Positions 28,422-39,860 of a stretch of 64,000 bases of DNA are shown here, one piece after another. The notes under the pieces are model-generated. The model worked only from the letters and a program-made list of their open reading frames with translations. It made no database searches and was not told where the DNA came from. The DNA comes from Octopus vulgaris (lineage: Eukaryota). Position numbers and translations under genes: made by a program. The first letter of the stretch is position 1. Every line of letters starts with the position of its first letter. Where the stretch lies: positions 143,964,001 through 144,028,000 of the forward strand of contig OX597815.1 in the NCBI GenBank assembly GCA_951406725.2. The letters are read 5' to 3'.

Positions 28422-28634
28422 TTCTTTACTATCCACAAGGGGTTAAACATAGAGGGGACAAACAAGGACAGACAAAGGGATTAAATCGATCACATCGACT
28501 CCAGTGCGTAACTGGTACTTAATTTATCGTCCCCGAAAGGATGAAAGGCAAAGTCGTCCTCGGCGAAATTTGAACTCAGAACACTTAACGGCAGACGAAA
28601 TGCGTTCGCCCGGTGTGCTAACGTTTCTGCCAGC
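28421..28634 (-). mobile_element. Family B SINE
   Basis: Same family core and tail. Confidence 0.8.
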
Positions 28635-28709
28635 ACGCAATGGGAGTGAACACTAAACCATTTGACTACGAAGCAAGCTTCTTACCACACAGCCACGTGT
28701 GTGTATGTC

Positions 28710-30040
28710 AAAGCCTCTATACTGTTATCCCTCACCACGAAGGACTGCAGGCCCTTCGACACTTTCTTGACCTCCGCTCTAACCCTGTACCTGACACCTC
28801 CACACTCATTCGTCTGGCCGAACTTGTCCTTACTCTGAACTGCTTCTCGTTCGCGGGCGAGTTCTACCATCAGGTCTCGGGAGTGGCCATGGGAACGCGA
28901 ATGGGCCCCAACTATGCGAACCTGTTCGTTGGCTATGTTGAGGCCCAAATATTCTCTAATTTCACTGGTCCCACTCCTGAACTATATGGTCGTTATATTG
29001 ACGACATTATCGGTGCCACCTCACTCTCCCGCGAACATCTAGATTCCTTCCTCTCTTTCGTCCAATCTTTCCATCCAGCCCTCCACTTCACTTCCACTAT
29101 CTCCAACACCTCTGTCTCCTTCCTCGACATTTCGGTTAGCATTCTTCACTCCACTCTTACCACCTCCATTCACTACAAACACACAGACTCACACTCATAC
29201 CTCAACTTCTCTTCCTCCCACCCAGAACACACCAAGCTTTCCATCCCCTATTCCCAATTCCTCCGTCTACGTAGGCTCTGTAGTGACGACCATGACTTTG
29301 AGACTCAGTCTCAACGTATGGCTCACCACTTCACCCTACGTGGATACCCCCTCACCACTATCCACACCGCCCTTGCCAGAGCACGGTCCGTGGACCGTGT
29401 ATCTGCTCTCTCTCCCCGAACCCGCCCTGTAGTCTCCCGCCTCCCTTTTCCCCTCACTTACCACCCCACGACCCTACGTCTCCAACGCACCATTCTTCGA
29501 GCTTTCCGTCATCTCCAGTCCGACCCGTCCACTTCACACCTCTTCCCTAACCGACCCCTCCCCTCTTTCAAACGAGCCCACAACCTTCGAGACCTTTTGG
29601 TCCATAGCTCCTTCTCTGACCCTACCTCCCAACCCGGCTCGTTCCCCTGCTCCCGCCCACGTTGCCGCACTTGCCCTTACCTCTCCAACACCACCCGCCT
29701 CACTAGCACCCACCATCGACCCTATCCCATCATCCACTCCTTCACCTGCACCTCCAGCAATATTATCTATTGCATCTCTTGCTCTCTCTGCAATTCCTTG
29801 TACATCGGACAAACGGGACGCCGCTTGGCTGACCGGTTCGCGGAACACCTTCGTGACATCCACCTTGCGAACGACACACCGGTCTCACGCCATTTCCGCT
29901 CCACCGGTCACTCCTTGCAACACCTATCTGTGTTCGGTTTGTCCTTACACAGAGGCCATCCGGATTCCCGTTTGCGCCGTGAACAGGAATTAATCTTCTC
30001 TCTTCGCTCTTATACGCCATTTGGTCTCAACTCTCCCCCC
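28710..30040 (+). pseudogene. Truncated PLE reverse transcriptase + GIY-YIG endonuclease coding region (~440 codons without stop or frameshift)
   Basis: SLYTVIP, GVAMGTRMGPNYANLF, RYIDD, FLD, YKHTDSHSYLNFSSSHP, Cys linker CSRPRCRTC, NIIYCISCSLCNSLYIGQT, RFAEH, terminal GLN. It starts inside the DxxSLY motif. The ORF-track ATG is SINE-derived and the Pro/Ser tail is read-through into the pyrimidine tract. Confidence 0.92.
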
Positions 30041-30439
30041 TCCTCATCTAACCCCCCTCTCCCCCTCCTCACCTATCCTTTCTCCCCCCGACCCCTACTT
30101 CTTCAGTCCTTCATCCTTTCACCCCTACTCCCCTTCCCTTCTTCCCTCTTTCTCCCTCCCTCTTCCCCTTCCCTCTGCTCCCTCACTCCCTCTCTCCCCC
30201 TCTCCCTCTTTCCTCCTTCATACCCCTCCTCCCCTTCCTTCTCCCCCATCCTCTCCTCTTCCCCCTTCTCCTCCCCTCTTCTTCCCCTCCCCTTCTCCCC
30301 CTCTTCTCCCCCTCTTCTCCCCATCTTCTCCCCCTCTTCTCCCCCTCTTCTCCCCCTCTTCTCCCCCTCTTCTCCCCCTCCCCCTCTTCTCCTCACTACA
30401 CCACATGACTTTACACATCACATCACATATGATGTGCCA

Positions 30440-30685
30440 TACTAATACACACACCAACTAATACATACTAATACGTACTAATACATACTAGTACATACTA
30501 ATACTTACACCAACCCTATACATACACACGTCCAGACCCCGCATACGCACTTATACTCTCTCTCACACACACACACACATACCTATACATACCAATACGT
30601 ACTAATACATACTAATACATACTAATACATACACCAACCCCATACATACGCACGTCCAGACCAATCTTACGCACTAATACTCTCT

Positions 30686-30726
<41 letters not shown>

Positions 30727-30790
30727 ATACATACTAATACATACACCAACCCTATACATACACACATCCAGACCCCTCCCACGCACTTTT
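30440..30790 (+). repeat. Three-unit minisatellite in the PLE 3' UTR
   Basis: ACTAATACATACACCAACCCTATACATACACACGTCCAGACC recurs near 30500, 30620 and 30735. Confidence 0.8.
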
Positions 30791-30959
30791 AGCTGGTCCC
30801 TCAACCCTTTTATCAACCCTATTATCTCCCCTTATTTCGCTCTCGCGTCTCATGTTTGATCTTTGACCTCTGGCCGAAATCAGATCGCCATGTTGATTCG
30901 TTAGCTACTGCACGCATTTTTTTTCTCTCCTTCTTTCTGTGTTTTTCTCTCTCTGTGTA

Positions 30960-30997
30960 TCTTTCTGTTGAAGAGCGTAGGCTCGAAACGTTAAAGA
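30960..30997 (+). ncRNA. Minimal PLE-type hammerhead motif (A6U deviation)
   Basis: UCUUU-CUGUUGA-A-GAGC(GUAG)GCUC-GAA-ACGU-U-AAAGA in the PLE 3' tail. Confidence 0.65.
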
Positions 30998-31094
30998 CTT
31001 GTTTTATTTATATTTCCTGAGCGCCATACTAATACAATTGTTCGTTTGTTTTCCACCTGCCTTCGTCTTTTGTTTATTTTCATAAAGCTTCCCG

Positions 31095-31148
<54 letters not shown>

Positions 31149-31160
31149 CTGTGTGTCTGT

Positions 31161-31210
<50 letters not shown>

Positions 31211-31889
31211 GTGTGCGCGTGCGCGCGTGCATGCATGCATGCATGCATGCATATATGGCTGGATGGACGGACGGATGGAGGAAAGCATAGATGTATGTAT
31301 CAATGCATGTACTATCCTTTTATATGCAGGCATAGGTATCTTTGAGTGCTGGTGTGAGCGGAGGTGTATAGGTGTAAAGGATACACCTGTACATGTTTAT
31401 AAAGGTGTTATAAATACACCTGATCATCTACTTATATGAATGTGTGTATGCATGCGTTATATATTCACTCTTCTATGTAGCTTGAAGTACCTGTGCATGT
31501 AGGGTACATATACACCTCAACATGTAGCTATGGGTGTATGTGTAAGAGCTATTCATACATCTCTACACGTTACTATATGTATCTGCATGTAGCTATAAGT
31601 GTGTGTGTGTGTGTATGTGTGTGTGTGTGTGCGTTAAGAAACTATACATATGCCACTATCAGAGTATATACATACACCTCCATATATGTATATGAGTGTA
31701 TATATACACTATTAAAGTGTATACATACACCTGTACATAGAGCTATAGGTGTACGTGAGTTGTATTCACGCACACGCGTGTACACGCTCAAACACACACA
31801 AGTGCGCACGCGCACACACATTAGCGCACGCGCACACACAAGTGAGCGCGCACACGCAGGTATACGCACGTGCATGCACACACACACAC

Positions 31890-31927
<38 letters not shown>

Positions 31928-32434
31928 TTTCGTATGCAGCTATCGCTGTGTAGGCCTGAGTATTTTATCGATACACCCCTCCAAGAGAGATATAAGTAAA
32001 TATGTGTTATAGATACACACCCATCTTTAGATCGAGATACAAAGGATGATGAATAAAGAGGATGTATACAGGGGGTGTATAAAGGGGGTGTATAAATAGG
32101 TTATAGATACACCTCTTCATATGGGAAATAAAAACTAGCAGCAAAACTAAAAGCCATTTTCATTGCATAACACCTACACTTCAATAATATTGATTATTTT
32201 TTAACTTGTACAAAGCCGGGCAATTACAAGGTAAGTAAAGTCGATCAAATCGATCCCCAAAACTTGATTGCTACTTATGTAATCGATTCTAGAGGCGATA
32301 ACATGCAAAGCTGGCTCTAACGTGATTTGAACTCGGAATGTAAGTGCACGTTAGTAAGCACTGTGATCTATTTTTGTGCAGGGCTTTTAACGATTTTTGA
32401 CGATCCGTCGACACAGGTTTTGTGTATGGTGACG

Positions 32435-32519
<85 letters not shown>

Positions 32520-32845
32520 CCAATCGATTCATTAAACAGTGGAGTATATATATATATACATATATTACGACAGTTGTATATACTATGGTGAAGCAGCCAG
32601 TACAGTACAATCTGGGTCAATTCTTTTAACATCCGTTCCTTTCAATGACCTTCCTTACTTTTACTGGTTTCTCCTATCTTTGGAGGGGTTTTTTGAGTTT
32701 CATTTTGTCGATTTTTTTTCATTTCAGATTTTACAGACCGTCATGTCGTAAGAATGCTTCATGAGTGTTTGCATATATATGTATACACACACACACTCAC
32801 TCACACACACATACATACATATATGTATGTATGTATCTATACACG

Positions 32846-32943
<98 letters not shown>

Positions 32944-32945
32944 TA

Positions 32946-33325
32946 CTCTTTTACTTGTTTCAGTCATTTGACTGCGGCCGTGCTGAAGCACCGCCTTTAG
33001 TCGACCAAATAGACCCCAGGACTTATTCTTTGGAAGCCTAGTACTTATTCTATCGGTCTCTTTTGCCGAACCGCTAAGTTACGGAGACGTAAACATGCCA
33101 CCATCCGTTGTCAAGCGATGTTGGGGGGGGGGACAAACACAGACACACACACATACATACATACATATATATATACATGCATATATACGACGGGCTTCTT
33201 TCAGTTTCCATCTACCAAATCCACTCACAAGGCTTTGGTCGGCCCGAGGCTATAGTAGAAGACACTTTCCCGGAACCTTGTGGTTAGTAAGCAAGCTACT
33301 TAAAACACAGCCACTCCTGCGCCTA
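32946..33325 (-). mobile_element. Family A SINE
   Basis: Reverse complement of the tail, microsatellite and head. Confidence 0.85.
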
Positions 33326-33344
33326 TAAAAACAGACGAAATACC

Positions 33345-33569
33345 TATTTCTTTACTACCCACAAGGGGCTAAACAAAGAGAGGACAAACAAGGCTAGACG
33401 AACGGATTAAGTCGATTATATCGACCCAGTGCGTAACTGGTACTTAATTTATCGACCCCGAAATGATGAAGGGCAAAGTCGACCTTAGCGGAAATTGAAC
33501 TTAGAACGTAAAGACAGACGAAATACTGCTAAGCATTTCGCCCGACGTGGTAACATTTCTGCCAGCTCG

Positions 33570-33573
<4 letters not shown>
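33345..33573 (-). mobile_element. Family B SINE
   Basis: Same core; head CAGACGAAATAC...CTGCCAGCTCGCCTT. Confidence 0.8.
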
Positions 33574-33608
<35 letters not shown>

Positions 33609-33766
33609 ACAATAAATGACGAGGTAACAGAAAATCATGCAATGAACTTCATTAGCTTCCAGTTGTTTCTGCTATAAGATATAGATAGATATATAGATAT
33701 ACATATAATTATATATATGTGCATATATACGTATACATACATAAATATAAATAAGTATATAGAAAG

Positions 33767-33965
33767 TTAATCCAAACAAGAAAGCACAAAAAAACACAAC
33801 GCGAGGACGTGAAACAAATATAGTATTATTGGACGCTCAGGAAAGAAGGAAAGAGGGTTTACCGTTTCGAGCGGAGTTCTTCGTCGGAAACATAGGAGAA
33901 GGAAAGAGCCAGAGAAGGGAAGATAGAGGGGGAAAAAATCGCCAACGGTACACACGCGGTCACAT
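33767..33965 (-). mobile_element. Copy of the ~200-bp HHR element (HHR 33857-33891, cleavage triplet mutated)
   Basis: Direct sequence similarity; CCGACGA-A-GAAC(UCC)GCUC-GAAACGGU. Confidence 0.8.
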
Positions 33966-34155
33966 TGTGAATGTGTATAGAAATATACATACATGTAGAT
34001 TGTTTAAAGTGCTGTACAGATTTGATATATTATGAAAAGGATTGTAGTCAGGATTTGAATTATTTCGCGTCTTTATCCCTTTCAGCGATTCTTCATGAAT
34101 GGGTTGATCACATTTTTTATCCATATACTGACTACCTTCTTCTTAATATATATAC

Positions 34156-34197
<42 letters not shown>

Positions 34198-34481
34198 GTG
34201 TAGTTTGTCTTGTACTCTGTTTTTTCGTTGTAAAAAATGGTCCGTTCCATGCTTGTTTTTACGTATTCGTTTCTCGTTGAGTTCTACGTCTATTTGTGGT
34301 GTCCTGTACACACGTATATATATTTTTATGTGCATGTATATATACAAGTAGATATAGGTACGTACATATATGTATGTATGTATGGATATATTTTATTTAT
34401 TACACTATTGTATGACTGAGCGCCCTCGCGTCGATTCGATTCGTTTCGTTTCGTTTCGTTTCTTCTTCTCCAAATACAGTT

Positions 34482-34563
<82 letters not shown>

Positions 34564-34689
34564 CACACACACATACAAACACATACACACATACATACAC
34601 ACACACACACATACAAGCACACACACACATATACATATATATATATAACAGCGCAGCTTCAAGCGACCCAACTACGCTACACTAAAAAA

Positions 34690-34905
34690 ACCGTAACAGT
34701 GCTGCAGATAAGCTGCAAAAACTACGACTTTGCTGCCTAGAGTGAAGACGCGACAGATATGTAATTATATATGCACAATTCTGAAAGGGCTTGTACCTAA
34801 CTTCGACATCGAGTGTTATACAAATGTTCGAACTGGATGTCATTATATTGTACCAAAAGTACCATCCAGCCCGTCTAAAGTCAGGACCTGGTACTACAAT
34901 AGCTT
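34690..34905 (+). pseudogene. Decayed CR1/L2-like LINE ORF2 C-terminal fragment
   Basis: KLQKLRLCCLE*RRDRYVIIY then ILKGLVPN, resembling the L..L.L.SLE.RR.R...I...KI..G motif of CR1-like ORF2. Confidence 0.6.
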
Positions 34906-35605
34906 AGACGACTCATATTTCCACCGAGGGCGACTTTGCCTTTCGTTCTTTAGGGATCGATAAAATAAGTACCAGTTGAGTACTGAGGTCAATGCAAACG
35001 GCTTACACCTTCCACCAGAACTTCTCGTGCCAAATTTAAAACCATTACTTAACGTGGGAGGACGGGTAGAGTGCTATAATCGGTAGAACATCCTTGAATA
35101 TGCCGTGTTATATTTTTAGTTTTCTTTTACATGCTCAGTTCAAACCCCACTGGTGCAGTGTGGTGAGGTCAGGTTGGGTGGGGCTGGTTCCTTCTGCATT
35201 TTTCTCTCTGCAAGATTGATAATATAAGAACCAATAAATTACTGGAATCGATTCAAAGAGCTACACCCTTCCTCTAGAAATGTGTGTTCCTGTGCCAAAT
35301 TAGAAATCAATATATCGGGAACATCCTAATTCCATGCCGTTGTATGAAACTATGTAACGACTACATCTACGATATGGTTTCGATTCTTGGTTGAAGGTCT
35401 TTCTCTTCCTTTGCGACGTTAATGTTCTTTTGACACGCACAAACAGCATTGATTCTTTCCACTGCCCAAACTCCCAAAGATTCACAAACAATGGAATACT
35501 TTCGTTGGGTGGTAAATCAATTGTTTCGCACGTCATCAAAAGTTCACTGCAGCAGCAGCAGTAGCAGTAGTGGTGGTGGTGGTGGTGGTGGTGGTGGTGG
35601 TGGTG

Positions 35606-35673
<68 letters not shown>

Positions 35674-35717
35674 GGTGGTGGTGTTGGTCGTGGTGGTCGT
35701 GGTCGTGGTCGTGGTAG

Positions 35718-36480
35718 TAGAGTGGATTTGGAAAAAAAAACAAACATGGCAGTAGTTAAAGAGCCAGAGACTTAAAACTGAGACTGACAGGTTTTTCGTC
35801 GAGACACAACACATTCACAAAGCCTTCCTACTAGAAAACTACAAAATATATATTAAGAATCATGACCTAATAAGTAACGGAAGAATATGTGGAGGCTGTA
35901 AAGAAACAAGAAACCACGCTGTTTCTGTTTGGCCAGCCATGGCTAAAAATGAATACGTCTCCAAACACGACACCTTTTGGAGCTTTCATACCCTGGAAGT
36001 TAAGCCAACATCAGTAAATACCAAGAAAACAGAAATAGTATGAATATACACCAAAAATAATCCCAGACAATGATAAATGACTATATTCTGAGGCTTCTCA
36101 ATTAATTCAGGCGAGTAAATGACACAAGTATAATCATCAAAGCTCTTCAGAAGGAAAGAAGCCGTCGAAGTAATTTATAAATCCTCTAAATTCAAGCAAA
36201 CAATAACAGTAATAGATCTAAAAAGAAGAAAGAAAAAGAGAAATTACCTAAATTAAAAGCTCTGGGAATAGTGATAACCAGAATGCGGAGTGTAGTGACT
36301 GAAAACATAAGCAGTCGCCATAATAACAGGCTACGGGGACAATGATAATATAAAGTTGTAAACAATTACCTGACTCAAACTTCAGTACTTAGTATATAAA
36401 ACAGCCCTAAATAATGCTCTCAATAGACTAGCGGTATTAAGTGTACTTAGACACGGTGTATATATTACATAGAATATTTT
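35718..36480 (+). pseudogene. Old, decayed C-terminal fragment of an R4/Dong-type LINE
   Basis: Hand translation across frameshifts (TWQ*LK, LKTETDRF, QSLPTR, RICGGCKETRNHAVSVWPAMAKNEYVSKHD, KEKEKLPKLKAL) is colinear with the protein of ORF 17344..18012. Confidence 0.72.
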
Positions 36481-38142
36481 CAAATATATACTTACAAATT
36501 CAAATTTGCTTGAGGCATATTCAACCCCGTAAGAAAGCTATTCACTGTATTTTGTCATGTAGAAAAATTCTTGCAGTTGACAAATAGGTGTAAACACGCT
36601 AAATCAGTTCAAAACGCCCAGCTACCCAGATTGATGGATGAATGCGTTTCGGGGTAATTATCACTTCTTCAGCATAGAACATTGGAAAGATAGGTGCTAC
36701 GAACTGACAACAATCCAGATCCCTGTTATATTTCAGTCAAAGTATTGTGACGGTTAGCGCTAATCGGCGGCTCGGCTATAATAAAATACGGATTAGAAGC
36801 ACTTAGCAGTGATGTGTACAAATATAAACTTGCTACCGCTTCAAATATGCTTGAGACATATTCGAACCCGTAGGAAAGCGATTCACTGTATTTTATTACA
36901 CTACGTTGACTGGAATATAATAAGAGAGACCCGGTCCCCTTGTCAGTTCGTAGCGCCTCCTCTGCCAGTGCTCGATGCCGTGGAGGAGGTAACTACCCCG
37001 AAATGCATGCATTCATGAATCTAGAACTGGGCTCTACGTAATTGATGATCTTCTATCCTCAAATTTCAGGCCTCATGCATATAATAGAAAGGAAAAATAT
37101 GAGTATGCGAAGTTTTTTGTTTTTGTTGTAAGTTTTTCTATTGTATTGAAAATATTCTGTAAGGTTAGAAGCGCTAAACAGTGATGTGTACAAATATAAA
37201 CTTGTTACCAGCTCAAAGAGAGTAAAGAACCATTTTGGCCGACGCGCTAACGATTCTGCTAGAGCTTGTTTCTGTATGACGACGACGGCGACGACGATGA
37301 GGATGAGGATTTCTTTTATTTGTCGTATGGGCGTTGGATGAAGAGGTTACAGAAAGTAATGAGGAAAATTATAAGAGGTAAAAAATTGATATCTAACAAT
37401 TTTTTGCGGAGAGAGAACAATTGACTGATGAGTATTTTGTTGACCACGAAAGATGAAAGGCAAAGATGACCTCAGTAAGATTTGGAGTCAAAATGTAAAA
37501 GACTGTCTAAATATCGCAAAACATCCAAGGAGCCTCTCTGTGATTACTCGACCTGCGAAAAACAGCACCCAAATTTCCTTCCGATCACACCCAACCGTCT
37601 TTCAAAAGAAAAAGAAAACAACGTTCGTGACCCTAATTTCCATGCATATTGGAGAAGGTTGAGATAGTCACAGCTTGGAATAGGATCACAGAAAAAAATC
37701 TCAAGTGTATAACCACAACACAGGGACAGATAACCCAATGTCTGTAGGAGCTAAAAAGAGAGGCCCTATCTGGTCGCTTGACTTGCATGAAAAAGCAGCC
37801 AACAATTCCTTAAACCATACTCTACTTTCTTCATTAAAGAAAGGACACCTGAGAGAGTGTAGTTACCTTGAAGAAGGCGGGAAGGACATGGATGGAATGT
37901 TTTGGACCAGATGTATGTTTGCTCAAGGTTGACTTGGGTAATAATACAACACAATATCTGTTATGTCTTTTAATGTTTTCAGTTGTTGGACTGCGGCCAT
38001 GCTGGGGCACCGCCTTACCTATTCTATCATCACTTTTGTTGAACCGCTCAGTTACAGGGACGCAAACAACCCAACACCGGTTGTCCAACAGTAGTGGGGA
38101 CAAACACGAACACACACACACATATATGTATACATATATTCT

Positions 38143-38363
38143 TTTATTATCTTACTTGTTACAGTCATTTGACTGCAGCCATGCTGGAACACCGCCTTAA
38201 CGTCTTTTAAATCAAAGAATTCGACCTCCCCCCAGGACTTATTCTTTGAAAGCCTAGTACTTATTCTATTGGTCTCTTTTGCCGAATCGCTAAGTTACGG
38301 GATCATAAACACACCAGCATCGGTCGTAAAGCGATGGCTGAGGGAACAAACACACATAATTAG

Positions 38364-38424
<61 letters not shown>

Positions 38425-39092
38425 CATACATACATACATACATACAAACATATATATATATTCTCTCTTCTCCTCCTCCTTAATTCCTTTGTTCCTCTTT
38501 TTCTCTCTCTTGTCTGCTCACGTGACCGTTGGCCGACTGCTGGCCTTTTTGTGTTTGGCCGCGTTCACTGTCACATCGAACTTTTCCTCTGCCGTAAGGC
38601 TTAATTCCCAACACGCCAGCTGAATTCAGTTCGTCTCCAGTCGAAAGACGCATGTTGTTATGTCCTGTTATTATTATTATAATTATTGTTTATTTGTATT
38701 ATTTTTGTATTTATATTCGTGTAACATCATCCGTTTTTCCGTCCTTGTTCCGTATACATTCGAAGCTTTTTTTCCAAGGAATCTAATGCTCTTAGCTTAG
38801 TTTTTCCTTGGGGCTGGCCAGATTGGAGCAATCTCAAAATTAATCAGCCGAAATTGCGAGGATGATCCGGTTCTTGACTGAAGATTAAAGACTTCGAATA
38901 ACCCGTCCTTGTTTTTTGTATCGTCTATCTGAATGTTTTCCGTTCTTGTCCCATTTTGCATATATATATATATATATATATATACGACTGTCTTCTTTAA
39001 GTTTCCATCTACCAAATCCACTCACAACGCTTCGGTCGGCCCGAGGCTAGAATAGAAGATGTCTACGCAAGGGGCCATGCAGTGGAACTGAA
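38143..39092 (-). mobile_element. Family A SINE split by a ~500-bp insert in its (TA)n
   Basis: Tail 38143-38350, head 38985-39092. Confidence 0.7.
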
Positions 39093-39808
39093 CTATTCTG
39101 ACATCTCACCATATATTTTTAAAATAACAAATAAGATCAAGACTGCCACACAGTGTACTTGAACCACTGACCTGTCAGTTACTGGACAAACGCTTTAATC
39201 ACCTGTACCACGTGATGGAATAATAACTGAATGAATTAAAGGGAAATTTGAACGAGTGCGTACATTAAACTATTTATTTTGGGATTATTCTCGGAAGTTA
39301 AACAGAGTGGGGAGGATGCTTAGTAAATCTTAATCAATAAGACACGAAGAATGTGAGTAGGTGGCGGGGAGGGAGACGCAGAGGTGAAAGGTGAAGAGGG
39401 GGTTTCAGAAGTTCAGGTTCTGCTCGGAACCCTATCATTAAGATTTAATATTTGCTAAGGTGTATGGAGTGGGAGAAGCGGTGAGAGGATAATTACCCTT
39501 CCTCAAAAATAACCTCCTCCTTCTGTCTCAACCAGTCTTCAGAGCCAATATCTGTGACCTTTGGGGGGCGTTCGAAATTCCAGCGTATCGATTACATGAA
39601 GCAATAAGTGTGCGCGCGCGTGTGTGTGTGTGTGCGCGCGCGTGTGTGTGTGCGCGCACGCGTGTGTGTGCGTGCACGCGTGTGTGTGCACGCGTGTGTG
39701 TGTGTGTGTGTGCGTGCGTGTTTATGTCTCTGTGCATGTGAGTCAGTGTGTGTGTGTATGTATGTATGTATGTATGTATGTATGTATGTATGTATGTGTG
39801 TATGTATG

Positions 39809-39860
<52 letters not shown>

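Larger units (their letters stand above)
28706..31096 (+). mobile_element. Penelope-like retroelement (probably Neptune-type), 5'-truncated, with simple-repeat 3' UTR and HHR-bearing tail
   Basis: ORF 28640..30445 contains PLE RT motifs followed by a GIY-YIG endonuclease. The 3' region has a C/T tract, a minisatellite and an HHR-like motif. Bounded by (GT)n on the left and (TA)n on the right. Confidence 0.93.

Noticed and set aside
30041-30445. Pro/Ser/Leu-rich C-terminal extension of the 601-aa ORF
   Set aside because: Read-through into a stop-free C/T tract after the usual PLE terminal GLN motif.
36490-37215. Spaced direct repeats superficially like a CRISPR array
   Set aside because: Long, diverged and irregularly spaced; eukaryotic context with no cas genes.
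39608-39720. Alternating (GC)/(GT) Z-DNA-prone tract
   Set aside because: Such tracts are common throughout the window; nothing indicates a specific function.
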